From positions 9,631,865-9,695,864 of the forward strand of contig CAJINV010000001.1 in the NCBI GenBank assembly GCA_905178155.1: DNA of 64,000 bases, in the 5' to 3' direction. The notes beneath the pieces were generated by a model, which did not search any database, was not told the DNA's origin, and saw only the letters and a list, made by a program, of their open reading frames with translations. Below, in pieces: positions 26,287 to 37,599 of the stretch. A program made the translations under genes and the position numbers. This DNA comes from Amoebophrya sp. A120. Its lineage: Eukaryota > Protista > Dinoflagellata. Numbering within the stretch: the first letter of the stretch is position 1; the number at the start of each line of letters is the position of its first letter.

Positions 26287-29200
26287 CTACGAGCTGCTCC
26301 CGAAGATCGGTATATTGCCAAGGACATTTCCCACGCCGCCAAGCAAATCGCCACAGAGGCCGCACATGTTGCCCAAATCGCAACCCATAGCCGGCAGGTT
26401 TGCACACGCTCCCATTTCACAGGGCATACACCCCTCCGAACACAACACCGGGCACGATGGGCACATACCGACGCCATACTCCGGAAGGCACCAGCAGCAG
26501 CACGGAGTCCCCGCCGGGATCCCGAACAGCGTCGGCGTGTAGAAGAAGGTTTCCATCATCGCTATCTGGCAGCACGAGTCGCAACAGTAGACGCAACAGC
26601 AGCAGCAGGGATCCATTCCACCAACGCTCCCACCATACATTCCACCGTATCCGTATCCTCCTCCGTAATACTGCGCCCGCGTCGGCCCCATGTATGCCTG
26701 CGACGGCGCTGCTGCATTGGGTTGCCATGGTGTGAAGTCCTGGTTCGTGTTTTATTGGAGCTGCTCGTGGTCGTGCTCGAAGGGGGAGGGCATTATACTA
26801 GTACTTTACAACTTACTACACATCACCGACTAGCAAATCGAAATCAGGAGGATGAAACAGAAAATCAATCTGTATCTGAATCTTCTTCTTGTTCAAAAAA
26901 AAAAAAGACTTTACCTGCATGGCCCCCGATGCTGATGCACGGTTGATTTCGTTCATCCGCATCTCCTGCTGCGCCGGCGGAATGAGCTTACTGATGTGCG
27001 CGCTTTTCTCCGCGATCTTCGGGAACTTTGCTGGGCAAAGCTGGTGTTCTGTGTGGCTCTTTTCCTCCTTACTGCAGTCTACGCCCTGCGCTTCCGTCGA
27101 CAGCGTCGGCTGGCAGGTTCCGTACTCGCGTAAGTACATGTACACCGTATCCGCGTTTCCGTCGGCGCCAGCCTTCTCGTCCAGCAGAAACAACTCTTCC
27201 AACTTCAGCGGCAACGACGGGAGTTCCGGAAACTCGTCCGGGAGCCGCTCCAGCACCTCGTCCAGCCCTCCCACCTTGGGCTCGGGTGCCCCCGGCGGGA
27301 GCTCGAGCGGCTCGAAGTGCGCGAGGACCTGATCCGCCAGGGCCCAGATGGCATCCGATACCTTGGTCATTTCTTTGTTCAATACGGCCGCGATGTCGCG
27401 CTTGCTACTGCTGTCCTTGCTGATGCTCAGTGGGGCCGCGGCGCGCGCTAGGTTGTCGAACTTCCCCTCGATGGCCGTCATGGACCGAAGATTGACCTCA
27501 AAATCCAGGTTGTGCATGGTTTGCTTGAAATTCTCTCGGAATTTGATTTTCATGTCCTCCTTGGCCTCGTGCCGAGCGCGCTCGGCCAACGTTTCGTTCG
27601 AAGAAAGGTAGTCGCGCAAAGTATTCCACGCGCTGGATCCTTTCTGCTTGGATCTTGCCGTCGTGGCCGTCGTCGGGGGGATGGGCCTTGCTTTCGCCAC
27701 TCCAGGGTCGAGGTCCTTTTTGCTTTCCGAGTCGTGATGCTTCCGCGCGAGGGGGTGGAAGATTGCTTTTTCCTGGAACGGAAACAAGACCATAGTCCAG
27801 TCCTGCGTCACTCCCGCCGGCTTTTTGGGTCCGTCGTCCATCTCTTTCATCTGCGGGAAAATGCGGTCAAACGCTTGCTCCACCAAAGCATTCAGCAGCT
27901 TCTCGACCTTGTCGCCCAGGGCCTTGCGCGTCATCCCGATATCCACAGAAAAAAACCTAAACCTGTCCACATCCATTTTTTGCATCATCATAATCATGTA
28001 GTGAATGTTTTTTGCATGACAAGCACAGGAATTTATGTATTTTTTGCATGACAAATTGGATGTGGATGGGTGTTTTTGCCTGGATACCCGATCACGGCCT
28101 GGTCGTCCAGGCCCCACAGGCTGAACGTCGTCCACCCGCGGTGGTATTTCGGATTCACCGTTAAGTGGGTGCGAATCCAGGTCCCGGACCGCTTTACTTC
28201 CGCGCGCAGCACATCCTTCAGCCGGTGCAGAAACGAGGCATCCAGTGTGACGTACCCGGTGCCCCCCGGGACGTCGTGGAGTCGGTAGATACGGGTGACC
28301 GCCTCCCGCGGCACCATGCGCGGCGTCTTGTCGAGCACCTGGTACGCGGAGGCCGGTACGCGGAACCCGTTATGGAAGCGTCAGGTTTGAAATCGTCAAA
28401 GTGGAAATGATTTGTGATGCATGAAATGCGATGCAAAAAGGACTGCATTGCAGAGGACGCCATGGAGGCCGACTATTGTCCTGCTAGGGGTGAAGAATTG
28501 GAGTGCTGCTTGGCACGACAGAACGGCACCCCTTTGCCTTATCCTGCATGACAGAGATGCTTTAAGTGCTCGGGAAATTTGTCATGCGCCGACTACAAAC
28601 GCCGCTTCCACTGGAGTCGCTTTTTTGCATCACAAATCATTTCCACTTTGAGGATTTCCAACCTGAGGCTTTCATACCCGTCGGCGACGACGTATTCTTT
28701 CGGATCCGCGGCCTTGAGACCGCTCCCGGGGACGGTGTGGCCCAACTGCTTAAGCCGCTGCATCTCTCCGGTTTCCGGTGCGTTCGCGTCTACCCGCAGC
28801 ACGGCCCCGGGAAAGCACATTTCCCGTTTTGCTTGCGTCGGGGTTGTGTAGTTGTCCAGGTGCGTCGCTTCCAGAAAACTGATCAGGTCGCCGGGTTCGG
28901 CCCTGCCGTACACGAACCGCAACGGCAGCTCAAATATGCTTCCGCCTTGTTCCAGCAACACCATTTGCACCTCGTTTTTCTCGAACCGTTTCCGAATTTT
29001 TCCGACCTGGTCCTGCAGCCTGGCCAGCAAACCCTCCTTGCCGCCGGCACGGACAATCTCCTGTCGCTGCATCAACGGATCCACGCACTTTTCCCATTTT
29101 GCTGTCGACGCCCCCTCTCCCTTTGTTTTGCGAGCAGACGTACTGTCCTCTTCTTGCGCTAGGAACGCGTTTTGTTCTTCCGCAGCTGGACCCATTGGTG

Positions 29201-30715
29201 AAGTTCCGTCTGCTTGCACGAGCATTTCATCGCCCCCTCCATCGTTGTTCTTCGACGTGGTCGAGCCTCCTGCTCTAGCTCCTCTACGCTGCCGCAAGCT
29301 GCTGCTGCCGCCGAATGTCCGCGGCCTCTGCGAGGAGGACGAAGATTCCATCATGGTTGTTGTCAAACCGGTATTTTTCCAAGAACCGCTCGGAGAAAGC
29401 GCTGGTATCTCCCCGGTTTCGCCCATGGTTTCCGCAATCATTTCTCCAGTCTCCCCGCGCTCGTCGGGTGCGTGGGGCGTGCGCTCCTGCTCCTCGTGGT
29501 CCATCTCAGCTGTTGGTCCCCCGGTCTCCAGAAACGCAGTCGACGACGGCCCGTCGAAGGCGGCCGTGACATCGGTCAAAGTCGGCGGCGGCCGGGGTAC
29601 ATTACATTGCACTTCGCGCACCAGACTGGCAAGGGCCGGATCCACGAGCTGGGGGAAAACTATGGGGCTCTCAAACGTTACATTCTCAACTGTTACATGA
29701 TTTGTCATGCAAAAACGCTATCACTTTTCACAATTTCAAACCTTCTCCGCATGACAAGTTCTCGACACGCTAGATAGCATTGTAATCTGCTCCAAACCTG
29801 TAATGCAAAAGGAGCAAGCTTTTCCCTTTCACTTTTGCCATTCTTGCATTACAAATTTCATGTAACAGTTGAGAATGTAACAGTTGAGAGCTCCATAAAA
29901 ACGACCTGCACTTTGCGGTTCTCGATATTTGGGTTGCAGTACTCCTCGTTGACGAGGCACACGTCCTGGTGGCCGTCCTTGCTCAGAAACTTGCCGTGCA
30001 GTGCCTCGACGTGATCTTCTTCGTCAGCGTTTTCCTTTTCATCCTCGTTGTAATTCGCGTCCGGGACAAGGTCTTGCGACAAATCGGGCGGGTAGAAGAG
30101 CTCCGCGAGCGCGCGCTGCATGTTGCGAATCGCGGGCGCCAGAGTGTGTGGGTGGTGTGCTTGCTGTTCGACGAGCTCCAGGGACTTCTGCTGGAACGCG
30201 GCGATCTGGTACTTTTGGTTTTGCAGATCGGCCGAATCGCGCATCTGCGCCACGTAACCGGGTGGTAGCCCGTTCAGGAAACGCGAGAGAAACGGCACGT
30301 CAAGAAGAGTTTCCTTGTACTCCAGCATGGCCTGCGTCATCAACTGACTCGCCGGCTCGCCCGGGTACCGCGCGAAACGGATCCACTGCAGAAGGTCAAT
30401 TGCGCTCAAGTGCAGAAAGCTATTCTGCCTCACAATCGCGGCCTCTGCATCCCCCGCTTCGATGAGGAGATCATCGCGTCGCAGGCCTTCGTCGTTCTCT
30501 TTATCCTCCGGCACATCAGCCACAAAGTCAAAGGCTGTGTGATCGTCGTTTTTCTTCGCGTTACCATCGTGTTCTCCCGAAGAAGGCGCTACGCCGCGGC
30601 TCAAAGTATCCAATGCAGCGAGGCCAGAGATCACACGGCAGGCAGAGCAATTTGCAACAGCTGGCTGTTGCTGAGGCGCTACTGATTTCCTCGACCGACC
30701 AAGGGACGCTGACAT
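26287..30715 (-). CDS. Hypothetical protein with Gly/Tyr-rich then Cys-rich C-terminal tail; 5 exons, three introns are TIR elements
   Basis: ORFs 29858-30715, 28593-29708, 28033-28338 and 26816-28135 fuse in frame once the elements are removed (KVQVV-FPQLVD, VVADG-FRVPAS, QAVIG-MTRKAL). A putative GT-AG intron at 26740-26914 links GAMQ to DFTPWQ...MGPTRAQYYGG...PCCCCCVYCCDSCC. Confidence 0.7.
27940..28086. mobile_element. TIR introner-like element 3 (147 bp), TSD CCCGA
   Basis: Ends are TATCCA...TGGATA with an inner TCCACATCCA/TGGATGTGGA IR. CCCGA lies at 27935-27939 and 28087-28091. The frame is restored on removal. Confidence 0.85.
28371..28676. mobile_element. TIR introner-like element 4 (306 bp), TSD CCCGT
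   Basis: 51-bp TIR with 4 mismatches (TATGGAAGCGTCAGGTTTGAAATCGTCAAAGTGGAAATGATTTGTGATGCA). CCCGT lies at 28366-28370 and 28677-28681. The frame is restored on removal. Confidence 0.92.
29661..29897. mobile_element. TIR introner-like element 5 (237 bp), TSD AAAAC
   Basis: ~55-bp imperfect TIR (TATGG[G/A]GCTCTCAA..GTTACATTCTCAACTGTTACATGA..TTTGT[C/A]ATGCAA). AAAAC lies at 29656-29660 and 29898-29902. The frame is restored on removal. Confidence 0.92.
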
Positions 30716-32123
30716 GGTTTATTCTGTTGGGAAGTCAAAGTAAGTGTGGTCTTATTGTTCCCCGTGAAACTACTTATATCACAATCATACACTTTGAGTA
30801 GAGCTTTACAACTATCAGCACGTCTACACGCTACAATTAGTAGATAGAACCATAGTGACGAAAAATGCGCGGATATACGTCTGGCTCCGGCCCGTACACA
30901 TGGCGATGACTTCACTTTGAGATTGCGCGAGTACATACGAAAAGCAGTTAAATGCTGTCTGCGAGCCTCCCGACGAACACGATTAGGTGCCGCGAGCCCC
31001 CACAACACAAGACGAAACGATGAAGTGACCTCTCTTTCGGTCGTTGACGTTGTCGATATCCTCTATACATCAAGCTGCTCCCCCAGCAGCTGTGCCCTTA
31101 CGACTCCCCAGAATGAACGCTCGATCGAATAGACTCACTACGACGAAAATCCGCTTTGCTTGAGCGACACGCTTCACAAAAATGAGCTGCGGCCGCTCAA
31201 AACATTGAGCAAAAAGACGAGGAGTGTTACTACTCAGAAAACGATGCACAACGTACTGAATGCGCATGGGGATTCGGGGAGACATATTTCATTTTTGGAC
31301 TTCGTGTTGCAAGAAACGATCCCATAAAACGAGGAGTCGGTTACGGTTTGTGATGTTCGTAGTTCATCATTCAAACACAGAAAAAAATTACAGATAATGT
31401 CACCTGGCGGCATTGCATGATAGGGCTTCGTCCGGCTCCGCGCGACCATCTCTTCAGGTTCATAAAAAGTCGGTGGTATCATACACAAGGAGACTAAAAA
31501 AGTTCGTCATGTTTACAAATTTGTCAAGAGGGAGCAACACCAAAGAACCATGTTCAGCAAAATTTGTTCTTTTGATGCTTCGTTCTTCTGCTAGTTCGTT
31601 TCTTCAAAAACGGCCAAAACCATCTGGTGACATTTTCTATCACCAGGAACCATACAGTTTCAGTTTCTTCTAAAAGTGCATTTGCTTCATTCTGCAACGA
31701 AGATGACTCTTATCGCATAGAAGAAGCCGAAAGAATGCACTCGTGCGTATCACTATTTCTATTTCTTCTCTGTGCACTATAATCGCCGCCTGCCAGCGAA
31801 GGCATTGGAGGCCTTTTTCTATCTGCACCATTCTTCGTCCTAGCTGCTGTCGATCACGCAGTGCTGTGCACTCAGGTGAGAAGCTGCTCGCGAAGATGAG
31901 ACAAACTACGCCCGACAAAGCCCAAGCTCATGTAGAACCGCAAATGATGTTTTCGCCGCCGACGTTGGTGATAAATATTACACAGGACGGCGCTATTAGG
32001 ACACTGGTCGTGGGTGCGCAATCCGCGCCAAGAAGCTGCCAAGAACTTTGTTTGCTGCTTCATACATTTGTAAGTATGACGAAAGTAGAAGTCGCTCGTC
32101 CGTTTATTCTTCCGAACGATGTT

Positions 32124-33648
32124 TTAAAGGCCTTTGTTGGCAAATATTTGCGTTATGGGCTCACCACTCTTGGTTTTCAAACCCTGAAACCGTTCCTCCA
32201 AGTCCTCCGGCTTTAATGTCATCCGTTGTGGCTGCAGCGCTAGCGTGAACGGCAAGAAGTAGTACATACACCCGATGATCATCGAAATTTCGGTGGCCTG
32301 TTCAATTTTTGCGTCCCTAATCTATCAGACACAGCCCGAAAGAACACAGATGAGATGTTGAAGATGGAAAAGAAAAACAGCCAAACAAGTTTTCAATCTA
32401 TGTATTAATATGTATCATTGTCGATCGTCGCTCCTACAAAGAAGTCGCACCACAAACACATGATTTCCAACCAACAACGCATACAGTACTTACTAGTATT
32501 CCAATAGAAGATACCAGCAACACGGTTTTGTTTGCAACCACCCGGCGTACAGCCATGATCAGGACAGGCGGCAGCACGAGGATCGGGAGTGGCGTGACCC
32601 AACCGCGCGTGGTGACCGTTTGCCACACGCCCTCGAAGCCGGCCTTCGCGCTGACGCCGAGCTGCTGCCCGTCCTGGTCGTAGACCGGCACGCCGTTGGT
32701 CCACTCTTCAAATCTGGTCAAGAACAGGTTGGCCATGGACGCCATGCAGACGCTGACATAGGGGACGAACAAGCCGAGGTTTTTCAGCGCCGGATTCCGC
32801 GCCACGAGTCTGCCCATCCCGAGCGCAACCGTGACGGACACCGTGCAGGCGGACGCGAAACTCATGAACAGGGCGGACGTGTCCACGGTGGCGCCCGACC
32901 GGTTCACGTAATTGGTCATGGCGTTGCCCGTCTGGTTCATGAACTGCCAGAACGCGGCGGCCGCGGGACCCGTCGGCCCGTGGAGCAGCATCCCCATCGC
33001 GGTGGGTGCGTTTACGGGCACGAACGCGGACATGCGGCCGGGCAAGAACATCACCTCCTGCGTCACAGGGTGCACCATGCTCTTCACCAGCTGTTTCGCC
33101 TGCCAGAAAGCGTCGTTCTCGGCGTCAGAGTAGTTTCTTCCAGGTTTCCAGCCCGCCAGAAGGGAAAGCGCGGCGCGCAGCTCGGCCTCCGACGTCAGTA
33201 GGAGACGCGGATCGATCACCTCCCGCATCGCGCGCACACGCCCAGAGTAGTCGTCGCCGTATCTAAATTTCATTTACGTATTTGTAATGGGTAGAGATAA
33301 GCTTAAGCCTAGCAGGCTAAGCATAGACATTTCTCAAATAGACGCGCTCGCTCGGCGTTTTCAAGCGGTTCGTCTAGCTCCCTGCAACGAACTGCACTAA
33401 AACTTGGCAAAATATCGGCACCTTTCTCCCTCCGGGTGGTACGGCCGTACGGGTGCCTCGTCGGCATGAATCGCGTCTGAAAGCATTGCAGTCACCACCG
33501 CCAAACCTGCTGCGAGCGCTGCGCCTCCCAGTGCATAGTGTGCCGCATTCAGACTCGAAGACGACTGCGAGGTGCCAAGATGAAACGGCACTGCGCTAGA
33601 GGCAGTACTCGAGGACACGGTGGCTGTGGCGCTGAAATCGCGCGTCAT
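32124..33648 (-). CDS. SFXN: Sideroflexin (mitochondrial tricarboxylate/serine carrier family), 3 exons
   Basis: DPRLLL, SMVHPVTQE..FLPGRMSAFVP, FWQFMNQTGNAMTNYVNRS and G.SAKAG motifs. A last exon read by hand (32124-32297) gives LPFTLALQPQ...LEERFQ...FANKGL*, the family C-terminal signature. GT-AG introns at 33263-33421 and 32298-32514. The start codon is uncertain. Confidence 0.92.
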
Positions 33649-34521
33649 ATTGAGAAAAACCGAGGTTATTCGCCCTTGTTGTGAAGCTGCAAGGACCGGA
33701 GACAGCGACGCCGTTTTATTGGGTGACGCGCAAACAGTTCGCCTCTGGAGAAGGAGGCGGAGCCTGAGTTGGGCACGGCGCGCAAGCGGATGATCCGCGC
33801 TGCACGAAGAACGTAGCTGCTTCATCATCATTTTCAAAATTGTCAAGCTCGCGAAGAAGCAAAACTAGGACACGACACGCGAGAAAAAAGCGCAAAGGAT
33901 AGACGTAAACTTCATCTCGTCGATTGGCATGGAAAGAAAAAACGCGCTGCGTCGTGTGGTCGCACCTCAGGACCTCAGTGCTCTCTCGCAACTGCTACAA
34001 AGCTCCACTACTTTGGTCCCGACCAGTGGTAGGATTAGATAGCGTTAGCTAGTAATGCTGCCAAGACCGTAAGTCACTCAGTGTTGGCTCCGTGCCACTC
34101 TTGCAAGCCTGTGGCTCTGCGGCAGAGCTAGAGCAAGCAGGTATTTATTATGCATAGTTTGAGTTTTCCCTGCTGATTCCTTTCAATGTTTGGTGTCCAC
34201 GGATACTACCATTCCTCTAAGCGAAAACGATAACGATGTTTGAGTTTGAAAAAATCTGCGCATTATGCTGTGCTGTCTCACAAATACAGACAGGCTTTCA
34301 TGTGCGTGAGAAGTCGGGTTTGCGAGCCGACCAACATGCGAATCGGAATCATGTGTGAAAAGAAAACTATGGAAAAGGATAAACGAATCTCGCGAGTCTT
34401 TGAGAGAGAGAGAGATCGAAATAACAACAGAATTCCTGTGCGTATGCCTCAGTGGGTGATATACCACGACACAACAAGTACACGACCCGCCGGTCAGTGA
34501 CTTCCATTGACAGGTATCACT

Positions 34522-37247
34522 TCACTTTTTTGGGCTGCTCTGCTTCGCCAGGGGTGGTACCGCGGAGCCAACCAGCACGGCCGCCATCATCACCAGCCCC
34601 GGGTCGTAGTGCTGAATACCGGGGACGAGCTGGCACGTCAATACATGCCGGTCGTGGAAAAGGAAGAGCTCGGCAACGGTTTCTCCAAACATGTTGTAAA
34701 CTTCGCCAAATTTCTGCTCTTTGCCAAGTTCCGGATCGCCGTAGTCGAAACCGAGGATCAACACCTGCAGTCAATAAAGTGTTCAATGTGAGCACATTTA
34801 CAGGACACTACGATGATGTGAGCAAATTTGCAGGGCACTAAGAGGGCAGGCTGGTCGCACTCGAGGAAGCTGACGCGAGTCCTTGCGTCAAATCAAAAGC
34901 TTGAAGCAAAATATAGAAATACACTGTGCCCCCCGTCCGTAGTTTGAAACTTGCAGTGGTAGGGGTACTTTTGCGATTCGTCGATTCCACTGTACAAATC
35001 GTACAGCGCCTCGTCCTTGGCGTTCAGAATCTGTTCCCGGCGAACCGATCCTAGTTTCTTCGTGTTCAGTTCTCCCTGCTCGTCCGCGTCTTTCTTCGGG
35101 CTGCTTTTTTTGCTCCCACCGGCGCGTTGAAGCGTGAAGCTACCACGCTTGCCCCGCACTTCCCCGTCAATGTCGGGCACAAACATGGGAAAATTACTGC
35201 CAGGATTCGGACACAGGTGCAGGGTATACCTGATCGTAGAAGTGGGTTGGCTAGTTTTTTCTGTGAAAGGGAACCAGTGATCATGTTGAAGTGGTGCAAA
35301 CCCCTGCATCCCTGCGCCGGGAAAAACGAGAAAAACAAGAACGCTTCAGAGCCATCTTGCGCTGCATCATGACCGTGAGCACGAAAACAAGCACAAAATA
35401 CTTATCTCCCTCGGCGTTCCACTCGACGTTTGGCATCAGCTTTAGCGTTGCCGTTTCCAGCGCAACTTTGCAGCCCTGGCACCTCCCGAGGCTGTACTCT
35501 AGCAGCGTCTGCAAAGTGGAGATTTCCTGCACCGCGGTATTGTACTGCGGAAATCTCGGTGCCGTTTTCGCCTTGCAGATTGCGAGCCTCTCTTTCAGCC
35601 CCGCGAGCTGAAAAAGGATGCGGTTGGCTTCGCGCTTGATCTCTTTTTTCTCTTCCGCCAACCGCTGCTCTGCGGAGGAGCAGAGCTCCACTTCCTGCGC
35701 TTCGTCATCCTTCACCACCACGTCGATTTCCCGCCCGCCGAGACTATCGACCGGCGGCTGCTGCTCCACTGGGCTGACGCTGATCTTTTCGGGTGGCGCG
35801 CGGGAGGACTGCTGCTGGTCTGACGAGCAGGTGAGCGCGACGAGCCGCTGGCGGAGCGCGGCGATCCGCCGGTCGTGTTTCTGCAGGGTGCTGCGCACCT
35901 TGTACAGAACTCCGTGGACCTGGAACCCGTTGGCGCACCGATCTGCCTGGCTGAGTAGGTCTTCCGTGGGATCGCCCAGCTCGAAGGCCTTCTTCAGCAC
36001 CAAGCGGGCCAGGTCGCCGGTGAGTTCCTTCGAGCCTGGAACCTTGTTTTCGTCTATCACGTCTTCCTGCACGCTCGGCCTGGCGCTATCTGTTTTTTTG
36101 AATAAAAAAATTCTTGTTGACCAAACGGAGAGGAAAAAAAGTTGCACTGAATGTAGACAGAGATGTCGATCGCTCCTCGGTGACCATCCAATTCATGAAA
36201 CGAAGGAAGCACAAAACCATGATACGGTCCTGCTGCAGGCGCTCGTAGAGTTGCACTGTCCCCGTGGAGCTCTCACTTTTTGACCGCCCGCGAGGACGGC
36301 TGAGGTCCTTTACCAAACTCAAGCGCAGAGGTGGATCTTTCGGGGTGGTGCCGTCGTTGGTGGTGCTGACGTGCAACAATGGAGCCTTAGAGGAGCTCGA
36401 ACTAGATGCGGACGTCCCGAAAGATTTCCCATGACCTCCAGGAAGGTCAACAGGTTCCAAGCCACCACTGCCGCGCTTTTCGTCCTGATTTAGAAGATTT
36501 CTTGAAGATCTTGATTTTATATACTTATAATGGATCGACTGCATGATCATGCTCGCAATTATAGTTGCCCCGAAAGCCAGTAAGACAGAGACTCTCGTCG
36601 TGACTTGGTATTTCATCCGAAAGATCGCGGAACTTCACGTCAAGAAACTCATCTCCTTTTATCCGTTTCCGTATCGACTCAACATGAGGATCGATGACAG
36701 TATTGAAACTCCTAAGTATGGGAATAAGCAGAAAATCTACGTTGCTTTTTGTGGCAGAAGACGACGACGATGATGATGAGCCGGACCTGAAATTCCCCGG
36801 GAGGGGAACGATTCTGACAGGTACAGAAAGGGGTTGGTGAAATTCTGTACTAGCTTTCGCTGTTGCAGCATGGCCTGAAGACTGTGGTCCTTTGGTGGTG
36901 TCTTCGGTACTTCTTGGTGGAACCGGCACCGCCTTGACACTGCTGATCACCCTCTTTCGCGTCGGGAGCACGGGCGCTAGCTCAAGTTTCGTACCACTAT
37001 CGCGTTTCTCCGCGGACCCAAAGCTGTCGCCGGACTTCGCCTTGAGATCCGGAGTCGGCTCATCTGTGCGAAACAAACGCCTTTGCGCAGCAGGCGTGAG
37101 AAACTTCTCATACCAATCGTCGTCGGAATCGAGCTTGGTGCTGTATCGAACCAGTATCCCGGCATCGCCGGACTGAACGACACGGCACGAAAGCCAGGCT
37201 GCAGCACTACCGCTCCATACGTACCCCTGATCTACGGACGCAGGCAT
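34522..37247 (-). CDS. Multi-exon hypothetical protein (coiled-coil middle; possible SH3/Tudor-like N-terminus)
   Basis: Consecutive minus-strand ORFs 36525-37247, 36086-36616, 35281-36147, 34893-35309 and 34522-34764 have coding-like composition and are separated by T-rich intron-like gaps. Exact junctions are not resolved and it could be more than one gene. Confidence 0.5.
34786..34841. repeat. Intronic ~30-bp direct repeat x2
   Basis: ATGTGAGCACATTTACAGGACACTA versus ATGTGAGCAAATTTGCAGGGCACTA. Confidence 0.6.
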
Positions 37248-37599
37248 GATTCGGGTGACGGAACAAACACACTCTAGGAAACTGCCATGGCGTCACATCC
37301 ACACGAGCACGAGTCAGAAAGTATGAGTGTAGCTTTGGAATGGTAAATCTCTCGCGTAACCCTCGAGCAACGTGGTTTGGTGTCCGAATCCGCTGTGCTC
37401 GCCCCTTCCTCTGTCTTCTTGTAAGCACTTAGGTATCGATGTGAAGTATCATCTAGGCCAACTCTGTTTGTTGCTACAACGCTTCGGCTAACTATGGAAC
37501 GCGAAGACGACTGAGTGACGCAACAACACAATGAACGCCACACATACGCGCGGACGCTCGTCGTGCTTCAGAACTCATATCAATTAGATAGGAAGCAGA

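Noticed and set aside
33259-33421. Sideroflexin intron 1 as a sixth introner (short GATA direct repeat near both ends)
   Set aside because: There is no convincing TIR, and a canonical GT-AG pair (33263-33421) gives an in-frame product.
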